This document shows positions 29,921 through 42,907 of a stretch of DNA of 64,000 bases, piece after piece. The stretch covers positions 3,968,001 through 4,032,000 of the forward strand of contig OX597827.1 of the NCBI GenBank assembly GCA_951406725.2, written 5' to 3'. Each line of letters starts with the position of its first letter. Position 1 is the stretch's first letter. The notes under the pieces were generated by a model, which was given only the letters and a program-made list of their open reading frames with translations, did no database searches and was not told the origin of the DNA. The position numbers were made by a program, and so were the translations under genes. Source of the stretch: Octopus vulgaris (lineage: Eukaryota).

Positions 29921-30704
29921 GGAAAAAGTGAGAGTGAGAGAGAAAGGAAATCAAGTGATGCTAAAATACCAACAATATGAATGAGGGAAAATTCCTCAGG
30001 GGAGCATTATTTGTGTATAAAAATAAAAATGCAGTTGTGAGTTGAGATACTTCAGTTAACTGCCATCATTAATGTACTCTGCTTAGAATAAACATGACAT
30101 ACAAAGGGATCCAAATGCTAGGTATCGGTGTGTAAACAGGTTTTCACATTTAATGTACCACTATAGGCTAAGAACTGTCCTTCTTTTGATATTTTCCTGT
30201 CAATATATCTGACAGCTAGAAAGTCAAGTCTCCCTTCAAAAAATCCCCAGCATAGTTTAGGGTCCAACAAATTTTAATTTCTATATCTTGAAACCTGGTA
30301 CAGTATGACCAGTTATACTGTACTGACTTACGAATGAGAATGGGCTGGTAGAATGTACCGGGCTTTTGCAAAGTGATTTAGATACTAAAATAGTTATGAG
30401 GAGACATAGATATCTTCTTCGTCCTCCCAGTGGAACATTGAGAATGGGACAGCTGGAGGGAGAAATTGGTACACCAGTTCCCAACTAGTATTCATTACAG
30501 TTGTGTATACTAGGATTACATGAAATGAACTTCTTTGCTTAAGGTCCCTGCATGCTGCCCTGTCCAAGAGTTGAACTCAAGAAGACCTGTCCTCCACAGC
30601 AGAAGTCTTAATGCGCTGTCCAGGAATTGAACATAAGAAGGTCTGTTCTCCACTGCAAAAGTGTTAATGCTACTGTCCCTGATGAAGGGGACTGGTCTGC
30701 AAGA

Positions 30705-30900
30705 GCCCTGTGTTGGTGCCACATAAAGGTGCTCATGCCAGTGCCACATTAAAAACACCCAACACATACCCTAAAGTGGTTCGCATTAGGAAGGGCATCC
30801 AACCATTGGAACGAAGTCAGATCAGACTGGAAACCTGGTGAATGCCAGCTCTGGTCAAGCCATCCAGTCCATACCAGCATGGAAAAAAGGACGTTAAAGT
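30705..30900 (+). mobile_element. SINE 3' portion (family of 35733-35981)
   Basis: ATTAGGAAGGGCATCCA...CCAGCATGGAAAAAAGGACGTTAAA. Confidence 0.75.
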
Positions 30901-31726
30901 AGGAGGAGGAGGAGGAGGATAATGACGATGACAATGACGATGATGACAGTGACAACAACAATGATGACAACAACAATGATGATGATATGAGCAGCTCTAC
31001 AATACAAATTTGAACAGACATAGAAATTTTTAATCAAACCCTTTGTCTTTGAACAGCTTAACTGGACTTGATGGGAGCTAACTAACCGCAACAAAATGAA
31101 CAACTGGAAACATCTGACAGAATCCTTAGATCAAGATGAATATGGCAAATTTCTTTTCCTGAAGAATGTACTGCAATGTTTGTGGAAAAGAAGAAGCCTT
31201 CTAATTGATGAGGTATCATAATCACGTGGCCATCAAATCTCAACAATTCTAAGAATATGGTTAATCAAATTCCTTTGGTAATTCATAAGGCTTCATAGAA
31301 CTGGTTGTTTATCTCACAGCAAGAGATAAATCTGATTTCATTTAACAGACAGGTAAGACATTATTTCCAAAAGTGTGTTGGACTGAGGTGAGTATTAGCT
31401 ATTATGTATTTTATCTAATTTCCTGGATAGCCAGCATATACACTTATAAACACAAGCATAAATACTTATACGCATGCACAAGCATAAATCTTTAACACAA
31501 GTTCACTCTCAAAACATGTTGTTCAGTGACTCCAGGCTGCTGTTTTCCCTGTTTCAGCTTTTCACCTTGGGTGTCTTCAACCATAGTCTCAAGTTGATCA
31601 ATATGAAAATGTATGGAAGCAAAGCATATATATGTGTGTGTGTGTATATATGTGTATGTATGTATGTATGTATGTATGTATGTATGTATGTATGTATGTA
31701 TGTATGTATGTATATATATATATATA

Positions 31727-31877
31727 TGGCGCAGGAGTGGCTGTGTGGTAAGTAGCTTGTTTACCAATCACATGGTTCTGGGTTCAGTCCCACTGCGGGG
31801 CACCTTGGGCAAGTGTCTCGGGCCAACCAAAGCCTTGTGATTGGATTTGGTAGACGGAAACTGAAAGAAGCCCGTCG

Positions 31878-31916
<39 letters not shown>

Positions 31917-32123
31917 TTGTGTGTCTGTGTTTGTCCCCCTAGCATTGCTTGACAACCGATGCTGGTGTGTTTATGTCCCCGTTACTTAGCAGTTCGGCAA
32001 AAGAGACCGATAGAATAAGTACTGGGCTTACAAAAAAGAATAAATCCCGGTGTCGATTTGCTCGACTAAAGGCGGTGCTCCAGCATGGCCGCAGTCAAAT
32101 GACTGAAACAAGTAAAAGAGTAA
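31727..32123 (+). mobile_element. Young full-length CORE-type tRNA SINE (short CORE deletion)
   Basis: Intact A and B boxes, CpGs retained, tail AGTAAAAGAGTAA. Confidence 0.93.
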
Positions 32124-32578
32124 ATAATAATAATAATAATTGTGTACAGTGCTCAGGTGCACTACAACTCATCCAAAGTGTATATATAATCAGGTGTAGT
32201 TTCGGCGGATTTCGGAAAGCATGAGGGCCTTAAAAGATGCAGTGTCATGGCAGTCAACAACTGACGCAGGCAGTTTATTCCATGCTTCAGCAACTCTGAG
32301 CGTGAAAAAATGTTTCCAAAAGTCATGGGAGCTGTGTTGTTTTCTGACTTTGTAGGCATGTCCACGTGTGTTAGACACATGGAGATCAAAAAGGTGTTCA
32401 GTGTTGTTGTTGGTGAGGTGGTTGATAACCTTGCGGGTGCTTACCAAGTCCGTCGCCAGACGCCGGAGCTTCAGTGAATCCATGCCCAGGGAAACAAGGC
32501 ACTCAGAATATGGTAGGTGTCTGATGGAGGGTATGCGTTTGGTTGCACGTCTCTGGACAGATTCCAGGAGGTCAATGA
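32124..32578 (-). mobile_element. 5'-truncated CR1-clade LINE, 3' end
   Basis: LESVQRRATKRIP..LPYSE.L..L...SL..RR...DL...TRGH..K......FF..RV...WNKLP..VV....FK, with an (ATT)n tail. Confidence 0.9.
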
Positions 32579-32609
32579 GTAAAGAGTAAATATGCATGTG
32601 TATGTATCT

Positions 32610-33065
32610 TTTGTCTTTTACTTGTTTCAGTCATTGGACAGTGGCCCTGTTTTGGCTCCACCTTGAGAGGTTTTAGTAAAACAGTTTGACTCCAGAACTT
32701 ATTTTTCACGTCTGGTCTTTATTCTTGCAGTCACTTTTGCCAAATTGCTAACTTAAGGGGACATAAACAAACCAACAGCTATTGTTAAGGGGTGGGACAA
32801 AGACAAGTACAAAAACTACAAAAACAAACACAACTAGATACATATATATATATGTATATATACACATACACAAACTTTCACACACACACACACACACATT
32901 CACAACAGGTTTCTACACAATTTTCTTCAACCAAATTCTCTAACAAAGCATTGGTCAGCCCAGAGCTAAAGTAGAAGATATTTGCCCAAGTTGCCATGCA
33001 GCCAGATTGAACCCCAAGCCAAGTAATTACAGAGTGAGTATCTCAACCATGCAACCATTCCTGCA
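32610..33065 (-). mobile_element. Old CORE-type SINE
   Basis: Diverged family match. Confidence 0.8.
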
Positions 33066-33473
33066 CCTATTTGTGTATGTGTGTTTGTGTATGTATGTGT
33101 GTGTGTGTGTGTGCATACCACATGTCTGTGTGTATCTGATCTATTGAATTTGTTTTACTACTTATGCATTCCCACCTGATCATCATCGTGCTTCTGGCCT
33201 CTGCCCACTTTGAATGCAATGCTTGTGTTTTTGCAACTATCCAAATCCTTCCCAAATCCTTTCTGTCAAGAATGAAAATGGCAACCTCTTTGAAATACTC
33301 TTGATATGAAACCAGCGAGGTAGTTTCTATCTGATCACCTAACCTGGTAGAAATATCACTTAAATCTACCTCAAATCACAACCAACTATTTCAGGTTTAA
33401 ATAGAACACGTTGAATTATTAACTCCTTGACACATCAAAAACAACATGGTTGTCACAGCTGGAACTGAGACAT

Positions 33474-33546
33474 AATCATAGCCTTTTCATAGCCTGTGTC
33501 TAATCATAGCCTGTGCCTAATCATAGCATCTGTCTAATCATAGCCT
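33474..33546. repeat. ~17-bp minisatellite (TAATCATAGCCTGTGTC) x4-5
   Basis: Direct reading. Confidence 0.8.
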
Positions 33547-33817
33547 TTTTGTCATAGATTCTGTTAATATTTGAAAATACAACAGCTTGCTGAAGCACAA
33601 AATGAATCTTCTTGAACTTGATGTTGCTGACCTCAAGGAGACATGACAAGGATTTTGGTGACCAAGGCTCTTTTTCAGAGACAGGAGGACTACAAGGGTC
33701 AACTAATCTCTTCCAGTGATGAACATGAACTCTAAAGCTAACGACCCTGTGGTTTAATCACCAATTCCATCTGCTAGAAATAGCCAGCAAATCTCTTTCA
33801 AATGATGCCCTACTGTC

Positions 33818-34044
33818 TTAATTCTTTAGCATTCAGATTACTCTGTCGAATGTAAAGCTTATTTATTCATATTGTTTTGAATTTATCATGTATTATGTTG
33901 TAGGTTCAAGATTTCAATGATGTGATTATTTATTTTTAGAATGTCATTGTAGAGTAGGTGTGAAAGCCTGGATCTGACTGGCTTAAACATAAAACAGGTA
34001 GAATATTTCGGCCAGATATGGCCAGTTTAACTGCTAAAGTGTAA
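33818..34044. mobile_element. Small MITE with TTAA-bounded short TIRs (piggyBac-like); second copy at ~44965-45178
   Basis: TTAATTCTTTAGCA...TGCTAAAGTGTAA. The internal sequence aligns by eye to 44980-45178, which ends ATGCTAATGGGTTAA. Confidence 0.65.
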
Positions 34045-35169
34045 AAAAAAATGGGGATAGTAATCTTTTCTTTAAAGCACGTTGGGATTAAGTATAGGAT
34101 AGTCTTGGCTATGATAGGATGGTCATAGCTGGAGGACTTTTGATCATCTTTGAAGTCTTTGGCCAGAAATATTTTTGTTTCACAAGCTTTTTCAATCAGA
34201 GCTGACTTGAAGCTAAATAACTGCTGTAACAGAACAACAACAACAGCAACAACAACAACAACAGTGGTAGTAGTGGCCATAGCAGTAGTAGCAACAATAA
34301 CAACAGAACAGCATCAACAATGGTAACAACTACAACAACAGGAACAGTAACAAAATCAACAATAACACCAACAACAGTAGCAGCAGTGTGGCAGCAACAT
34401 CGACAACAATAACAATAACAACTTCAACAATAGCAACAGCAACAACAAATCATCAACAGCAACAAGAACAACAATAACAACAACAAAATACGTCAGTCTA
34501 TAAGTTTAACCATGCATGTTATGTTTGAAATACAAACTAGTAAACTAGAAGTAAACTGTAACTTGTAAGGCATCCATTAATATAGAAGTTGCTTATTAGC
34601 TAATTAGCTAATCTAATCAACTTTTATGATGAAAGGTTTAACATTTTCTACCTCATTTACATGACTGTATACACACACACGCACACACACATACACACAC
34701 ATACACACACATAAGCATGCACATACACACACACGCACACACACACACACATACACACATATATGCATGCACATGCACACACGCACACACATACACACAC
34801 ATACTCACACATATGCATGCACATGCACACATGCACACACATACATACATGCACAATTTCATGCATATGCATACACATGAGCTGTAACAAACAGAAGATA
34901 ACTCAATACTGGTGGTAGAGTATAAATTATTTATTCATGTATAGTTAATCATAAAATATGTTAATACTCTGGATTTCACATTAGCACAGAGAAACCATTC
35001 TATGATCTTCAGTCTATGAATTTTGATACCTGTTCGACATACTAAAAGGACTTAGATTTCGACAGGTGTAAAATACTTACCTTGAATAAATACTCAGAGT
35101 AGGCAATAAACATTACTAAAGTAAACAGTCAACAAAGGGCTTTAAAACTTTAATATGTAAATATGTAGG

Positions 35170-35450
35170 TTCAGATATAATCATGTGATAAAGAAACTCA
35201 TTTTTCAAGCGCATGGTTTTGGGTTCAATCCCACTGCATGCCACCTTGGGCAAGTGTCTTCTACTACAGCCTCAAGCTGACCCAAGCCCTGTGAGTGGAT
35301 TTAGAAGACAGGAAGTGAAAACCTGTGTGTGTGTGGGGGGTGTATGCATGTATGTATATGTGTACATGTCTGAGTTTTGTGTTGGTTTATTTACGTCCCC
35401 ATAACTTAGCCATTTGATAAAAAGGACCATTGGAATAAATAACAGTTTTT
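35170..35450 (+). mobile_element. Old CORE-type SINE
   Basis: GGTTCAATCCCACTGCATGCCACCTTGGGCAAGTGTCTT. Confidence 0.8.
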
Positions 35451-35638
35451 TAAAAAATGGTATGATGATATGACTCTATTTGTTTGAAAATACATTGCAC
35501 TTCAGTACCCCTTGTGTATATATATGCTGGTGTCATGAAAAAGTGCTTGTGCAGTGCCACATTTTTTTAGAATGATACATTAAGGAACTTTTTTCATGAG
35601 TACTACTGAATTACTTGAACCTATACATTGAGACTTAA

Positions 35639-35676
35639 CTGTCCGACGAACGGGAACGTGAAACTCAGAGTAACAG
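35639..35676 (+). ncRNA. Minimal hammerhead variant (U4C core)
   Basis: CTGT-CCGACGA-ACG-GGAA-CGT-GAAA-CTCAGAG-TA-ACAG. All three stems pair. Confidence 0.65.
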
Positions 35677-35732
35677 GTTTTGTTGAATTTCTGCTGGTTT
35701 TAAATAAAGTATATATACATATATATATATAT

Positions 35733-35981
35733 TGCCGGTGGCACGTAAAAAGCACCATCCGTCCGTGGCCATTTGCCAGCCCCATCTGGCACCTGTGCAG
35801 GTGGCACGTAAAAAGCACCCACTACACTCACGGAGTGGTTGGCGTTAGGAAGGGCATCCAGCTGTAGAAACACTGCCAGATCAGACTGGGCCTGGTGCAG
35901 CCGTCTGGCTTCCCAGACCCCAGTTGAACCGTCCAACCCATGCTAGCATGGAAAGCGGATGCTAAATGATGATGATGATGA
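35733..35981 (+). mobile_element. Young SINE 3' portion (OK-like) with internal repeat GGTGGCACGTAAAAAGCACC and (GAT)n tail
   Basis: GC-rich, CpG-retaining, and matches older copies at 1110 and 30705. Confidence 0.8.
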
Positions 35982-36042
35982 TATACATACATATATTAGG
36001 GTGTTTCATCAGAAACTAATGTATGTCAAAAATCAGTTCAAT

Positions 36043-36297
36043 GCCCACGGCATATGGCGTAGTGGTTAGGAGCGTGAGCTACTAACCTCAAGATTCTGAA
36101 TTCGATTCTAGGCAGTGACCTGAATAACAACAATAATAATAATAACAACATCAAAAATACCTTAGGAATAAGAACCCAGGTTTGAAATTCCCCAAAACAC
36201 CTGATGAAGGCTGGAGAGTATATCAGCCGAAACATTGTGTTAACAACAAACAAGATGAGGAGAAATATCTGCCAAATGTAAATAATGAAAATAATGT
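36043..36297 (+). mobile_element. tRNA-headed SINE with hammerhead-containing tail (HHR 36196-36241)
   Basis: A-box TGGCGTAGTGG, B-box-like ATTCGATTC, (AAT)n linker, then AACAC-CTGATGA-a-GGCTG..CAGCC-GAAA-CA-TT-GTGTT. Confidence 0.75.
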
Positions 36298-36744
36298 CAA
36301 AAATCAGGTCAAGTGCCCTAATATTCAGGTCTCTCACAGAATATATTTTTCAAAGTTTTGACCATCTTAAAGACCAAATTTTATCAAGTTTATTTTTTTA
36401 AACTTGTGAGAAATACAATATATTTCAAGAACAAAGTGTGACAAAAGGAGAAACAATCAAACAGATGGAGATTTCTGATACTCTCTCTCTCTCTCTCTCT
36501 CTACCCTCATTCTTCAATTTATAACTCAGGATAAATATGAAGACAATAGACTGGCAGTGGTGTTAGAATGTCAGACAAAAGTTCTGCATAATTTGTTCCA
36601 ACCCTTTAAGTTTTGAATTCGAATCCCACCAACGTCGACTTTTCTATTCATCTGTCTCAGGGGTTTATGCAATTAACCACCAATCAAATAATGATGCTGA
36701 CTGAATGCTCTTATAACCCGTTCTGAAAGTGAATTCAATTATAG

Positions 36745-36975
36745 TAGTGGTGGTGGTGGTGGTGGTGGTGGTGGTGGTGGTGGTGGTGGTGGTATTGGTG
36801 GTGGTATTGGTGGTGGTGGTGGAGGTGGTTGGTGGAGGTGGTGGTGCTGGTGATGGTGGTGGTGGTGGTGGTGGTGGTGGTGTTGGTGGTGGTGGTGGTG
36901 GTGGTGGTGGGGGTGGTGGTGGTGGTGGTGGTGGTGGTGATGTTGGTGGTGCTAGAGGAGGAGGAGGAGGAGGGC
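36745..36975. repeat. (GGT)n/(GGA)n microsatellite
   Basis: Direct reading. Confidence 0.95.
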
Positions 36976-37559
36976 AGAGAGGAAGATATAGATAGAGAGA
37001 CATATAGAGAGATCGAATGACTAACAGATATGTATGTAGAGACGTGTGTATGACTCTCTCTCTCTCTCTCACTCTCTCAGCACACAGACAGACAGACAGA
37101 CAGATAGATAGATTGAGAGGGAGATAGATAGAGAGAGAGAGGGGGTGAGAGAGTTAAATAGATAGATAGAGAGGGAGAGAGAGAAAAGAGTAGAGAGAGA
37201 GAAAGAGAGGGGAGAAGAAGAGAGGAAGGAGATAGGAAAGGAGAGAGTAAAAGGGCAAGGGCAATCTAATTCTCTCCTGCCACCACCCTCCACTCCCCTA
37301 CTAATCCTTAATAATAAATATGAAGTCTTGTATGTATTAAAGGTGCTGAGGTAAGTAGGGGGGGGGGGGAGGTGTGGAAGTAATTCCATCCTGAACTAAT
37401 CAGAATCGTCATGGCCCTGGCTACAGTAATTTGATAATACCAAAGAACTATGGAATGGTAAGATTACAAGATTAAAGTATAAAGCAAGCAAGCACAATCT
37501 TGGTTTTCTCTCACTGTGTCTGTACGTGCATGGTTGTATAAGAATGTGTTTGTGTGAGA

Positions 37560-37829
37560 GTGTGTGTGTATGCGAGGCTATCTGTGAATGTGTGGACGTG
37601 AGTTTATCTGTGTGTGATAGTGTGTATGAAAGTATGTGTGAGTGAAAATGTGTGTGTATGTGAGGCTATCTGTGAATATGTGGACGTGAGTTTATCTGTG
37701 TGTGTGTGATAGTGTGTATGAAAGTATGTGTGAGTGAGAATGTGTGTGTATGTGAGGCTATCTGTGAATGTGTGGACGTGAGTTTATCTGTGTGTGTGAT
37801 AGTGTGTATGAAAGTATGTGTGAGTGAGA

Positions 37830-37832
<3 letters not shown>
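37560..37832. repeat. ~90-bp tandem repeat x3
   Basis: Unit ..GAGGCTATCTGTGAATGTGTGGACGTGAGTTTATCTG..GATAGTGTGTATGAAAGTATGTGTGAGTGA. Confidence 0.9.
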
Positions 37833-37882
<50 letters not shown>

Positions 37883-38411
37883 TGAAGTTATCTATGTGTG
37901 TGTGAGTGCAAGTTTGTGTGTCCCAATGTGTGTGTATGTGTATGAGAGAGAGAGAGAGAAAGAGAGAGAGAGTGAAGTTATCTATGTGTATGTGAATGGG
38001 AGTTTATCTGTGTGTCCTAATGTGTGTCTATGTGTCCGTGTGTTCAGGCATTTCTGTGTGAAAATATGTCTATGTTGTATATATGAGAATATACATGTGT
38101 GTGTGCATGTACATACATCTGAAGTTTCTATGTATGAGTTAAAGTTAATTTGTACTGGTGTGTGTGTGTGTGTATAGATAGATCTATCTGTGTATGTATA
38201 CCTGTGTGATTGTATGTTTTGTGTATGCGTTTATATTTATGTGTGAGTGCTTATACTTCAATGTGTGTGTGTATGAGGGTTTTATAAGTTTGTAGGTATC
38301 TATGTATGTGTATGTTTGTGACATGTGTGTGCCTTAGTGTATATGTATGCAATGCTTTTTCTTTGGTGTTTATGCATAGAAATGTATGATGTATATATAA
38401 ATACATGTATT

Positions 38412-38830
38412 AGGATTGGGTGTGTGGTAAGTAGCTTGCTTACCAACCACATGGTTCCCGGTTCAGTCCCACTGTGTGGCACCTTGGGCAAGTGTCTTCT
38501 ACTATAGCCTTGGGCTGACCAAAGCCTTGTGAGTGGATTTGGTAGACAGAAACTGAAAGAAGCCCATCGTATATATGTATATATATATATGTGTGTGTGT
38601 ATATGCTTGTGTGTCTGTGTTCGTCCCCCCCCCACAACATCATTTGACAACCGATGCTGGTATGTTTACGTCCCTGTAACTTAGCAGTTCTGCAAAAGAG
38701 AATGATAGAATAAGTACTAGGCTTACAAAGAATAAGTCCTGGGGTCGATTTGCTGAACTAAAGGCGGTGATCCAGCATGGCCGCAGTCAAATGACTGAAA
38801 CAAGTAAAAGAGTAAAAAGAGAGAAAAAGA
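38412..38830 (+). mobile_element. Full-length CORE-type tRNA SINE
   Basis: Family match. Confidence 0.93.
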
Positions 38831-39479
38831 ATATATGGATATAAATGCTTACACATCTATATTTTCAAATATATAAATACGTATTCTAGCTTGTGCATAT
38901 ATTACTGTTACGATACTCCTGTATGTACATAGGTGAATGTAGCCCCAGGTCAGTTCTGATCAAGCAGACCTATAATCAAAAACTTTCCAGTGATGGCCAT
39001 CCCGTTTGTTTTCCTGTATGCAGGGAACCTAAGACTGCCACAGCTTTTTCTATTACTGTAAGATCTACTGTAGCTTTTTCTGTTGCTGTAAGATTTGATT
39101 TGAGGGCTTTTTTGTCCTCAGCTCTCTGGACCACTGCTCTCAACAATGGTCACCTCTACAGTATCAATTTGATAGCAGGAATCAAGGTACACCTGGGACT
39201 ATTCCCTTTTCATCATCCCTTTTTCACTTGACTACTGACTTGTTCATTCATGCTTCTCCCGGCCTCTTGTATTCTCTACTTTCTACATTAACTTCTCTTT
39301 TTTCACCATTTGTTGTTTCACCTTTTGCTCTGTCCTTCATCTTTCCAGTCGCATAGGACATTCTCCATTGCATTACCTATACACATGTCTTGTCTTGTCT
39401 CTGAGCACCACAGTCTTTATTTTGTTTATATGATGTATAATTTATCTTGTTTGTATATGTACATTTAGACGTCTTGCAA

Positions 39480-39960
39480 ACAATTTGCACATGCAAGTGC
39501 TACCAGTCAAAAACTCTGCATACCTGAAGCCAGCAAGTGTATGGGGTCATCAGGAGAGAATGCACGCCATTTCAGGGCCTACCTTTCGACGGCATCAATG
39601 CGCACTGGTCCCCCCAACTCACTGATATGAGGCCCTGCTTGCTAGATCAGCTGGTTATCAAATAAAGCTCAATATTCTTCTAGCCATCGCTCATCGTCTC
39701 TTTTTAACCAAATCCAGTGGCTGGCCTTCTCCACTGTAGATTGGATATCGGCCATGGTGGTATTGACTTTACAATGAGCTAGGTCTAACGATTACAACAG
39801 TCGTCTCACACTGTGTCCAACGAACCCTCTACATCCGACTTCGATTGGAAAATGTTCTGCTTTCCAGCCTGCGTCTTCACATTCCTCAAGGAATGTGTTG
39901 TATTCATATTTGCTTGTGTCGGTCATCAACATTCACTCAATATTCCCAGCTGTCTATTTG
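39480..39960 (-). mobile_element. Hero/NeSL-like RLE non-LTR retrotransposon 3' end, decayed
   Basis: Minus strand translates FLEECEDAGWKAEHFPIEVGCRGFVGHSVRRLL...VEKASHWIWLKRDDERW, stop at 39669-39671. Confidence 0.8.
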
Positions 39961-40636
39961 CTGTTGGCTCCACCAAAAATTACAAAAATTCTTAAAATCA
40001 TGAAATTGGAATGACTTCTTGGATGATGACTGAGGAGGAAACAGCATGTCCATGTCTTGTGTGTGAATCTTCCACTCGTTCCTTGTTGCTCTTCTGCTTA
40101 AGTTTTGAGACTTACTGTTTAATGTAATGCCATGCTTCTATCTTCTCTCCCCCCTCTCTCTCTCTCCATATATGTATATTTAGAGAGAGACACAGAGAGA
40201 AAGAAATTTAAGTGATACTAGAAGTGGGGAGAAAACAGGTGTATAAAAAAGTAAAGGAAAAGAGAAGAATAGAAATATGATGAAGATGAAGAGCAAGGTG
40301 GTACACAGTATGTTGGACGATGAGAAGGTGTGTTTAGGGAACACAGACAAGGAACGCATAAGGGGAAGATAGAGAAGTATTGGTTGGATATTAAAGGTGT
40401 AGCAAAATGTGGTGGTGGTGATGGTGGCAGTAATGGCAATGGCGGCTATGGCAACAGCAGGGGGAGGAGGGGCAGTAGTGGTGGTGATGGTGGCCTAGGC
40501 GGTGGTGGTGGTGGTGGAGGAGGAGGAGGAAGAAGAGGTGAACAATAATAACAACTGTTATGTGATGCCAAATTTTGAAAAAAGATGTGTTGTCACTTAA
40601 TCCAGAACCAATACCAGGTTTGTCTTTAAGAATGGC

Positions 40637-40668
<32 letters not shown>

Positions 40669-40691
40669 TAATAATAATAATAATAATAATA

Positions 40692-40752
<61 letters not shown>

Positions 40753-40786
40753 CGACGACGATGACGACGATGATGAGGATGATGAT

Positions 40787-40845
<59 letters not shown>

Positions 40846-41368
40846 CTGTTCCAGATATAAAAAAAGGATATGGATGGGGGTGAGGCAGGGGAGGAAACCA
40901 ATAAAAAATGATGACATGACATAGCAGATGGCAACTGAGGGATTAAGAGGAACATTTAGCTCTTGTGGGAATGGTTCCAGGGAAAAACAGACAGGGCTGG
41001 GAACCGTAGAATCAAAGGAAAGGATGGTCATTCTACATTTTGGCAGAAGAAAAAAAAAGAGTTATTAATTTTTTTGCCTTTTCTTCATTTTTCTTCAATT
41101 TATTCATTTGTTTTATTTTATTTTTCTTTTCTTTAAAATTCTTTTAATCATTCTTTTTTGTCTTTGACAATTATTACCATTTCTGTTGTTGTTGTTTTTG
41201 TTGCTGTAAAAGACATTTCAAACATGTTCCATGGTTTTTGTTTTGGAAGGCATCACTTGGAGAATGGTTGAAGAAAGAACTAGAGAAAGAGTTTCTTGGT
41301 CCCTGTTCTCTCTCTCTCTCTCTCTCTCTCTCTTTATCTTTCTTTTCCTTCCTCTCTGTTTCTCTGTT

Positions 41369-41404
<36 letters not shown>

Positions 41405-41511
41405 TACCCCTCCACAATAGGGATACAACAGCTGGTGGCCAGATAAGGGAGTGAAGATCCCAAGGAAACAACAATAACACCAACTGCAGCAGTAGCAGTA
41501 AATGTAGTAGT

Positions 41512-41580
<69 letters not shown>

Positions 41581-41854
41581 GGTGGTGGTGGTGGTAGTGG
41601 TGGTGGTGGTGGTAAACTGAAGGAAGGATATAGAAGGAGTAGGAAAAAAGAAAAACAAATGGAATAACTGAAAGACTGTATACATGTGTGTTTAGGGATG
41701 GTGTGTGTGTGTGCAGTTGTGTATAAGGAAGGGTCCAGAGAAAGAGAGAGACAAAGGGAGAATCTATGTGAGGAAGAGAGATAGGATGAAAAAGGGAGAG
41801 ACAGAAGGAGAGAGGTATACGCAGAGAGTAAAGCAGCAAATTGTATAGCAGAGA

Positions 41855-42166
41855 GAGGAAGAGAGAGAGAGAGAGAGAGACTGAGAGAGAGAGAGAGAAA
41901 GAAAGAGAGAGAAAGAAAGAGAGAGAGAAAGAGAGACAGAGAGAGACAGAGAAAGAAAGAGAAAGAAAGAGAGAGAGAGAGAGAGAAAGAGGGACAGAGA
42001 AAGAAAGAGAGAGAAAGAAAGAGAAAGAAAGAAAGAGAGAGAAAGAGAGAGAGAGAGAGAGCAAGAATGTATATGTGAAGGACAGAAAGAGAATGTGTGT
42101 GTGAAGAAGAGAGAGAGAGAGGGAAAGAGAGTGAGGTAGACAGGCAGAAAGTCAAAATATGTGAAG

Positions 42167-42223
<57 letters not shown>

Positions 42224-42290
42224 GAGAGACAGACATACAGACAGAGAGACAGAGAGCAAGGAGGAGGGAGAGGAAGTCACAAAGAACAGA
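41855..42290. repeat. Long (GA)/(GAAA) polypurine tract
   Basis: Direct reading. Confidence 0.9.
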
Positions 42291-42714
42291 TGAAAGTGGG
42301 GAGGTGAAGCAGATGAAAAGATGGAAATGAAATAAGATGAATGGATGAGTGTCAGTGTTGATGAGAACAAAAAGGACGACAATAACAGCATCAACAATAT
42401 TTTATATTGATGATGACAACAGCCATGATGATGATGCTGATACTATTCATAGAACTGGTGGTGGCGGAGGAGGTGGTTGTTTAACCCCAGGTCAACCCTG
42501 TTTGAGCACACCCGTGATTAAAAGTATTTTGGCCCTGGCTGTGACCTTCTTGTCTTTTAATGTTTACGCCTGGAACTTAATTTGCCTTATGTCTTCTTTT
42601 CATATTTGAAGAGAGAAGGATGTGATTTCAGAGACATTTGACTGCTATTTCTTACATTCTTGCAAGTTGAGAGACCAAACTAGAAGTTCCCTCGGGCTCA
42701 TAGACATGAAGATC

Positions 42715-42856
42715 ATGATGATGATGATGATGATGGTGGCGGTGGCGGCGGCGGCGGTGGTGGTGGTGGTGGTGGCGATGATGGTGATGATGATGATGAG
42801 GAGGAGGAGGAGGAAGAGGAGGAGGGAAGAAGCTGATGATGATGGCAATATTGATA

Positions 42857-42907
<51 letters not shown>

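Noticed and set aside
30679-30720. CTGATGA motif as a hammerhead
   Set aside because: No GAAA, stem III or stem I partner follows.
37560-37832. Regularly spaced repeat as a CRISPR array
   Set aside because: Whole units are repeated with no unique spacers; eukaryotic context and no cas genes.
39540-39590. GAAA...CTGATGA in the Hero-like 3'UTR (minus strand) as a type II hammerhead
   Set aside because: Only ~5 nt are available for stem I and stem II is unconvincing in this copy.
41334-42236. Longest ORF (300 aa)
   Set aside because: Derived from (CT)n/(CTTT)n and trinucleotide repeats.
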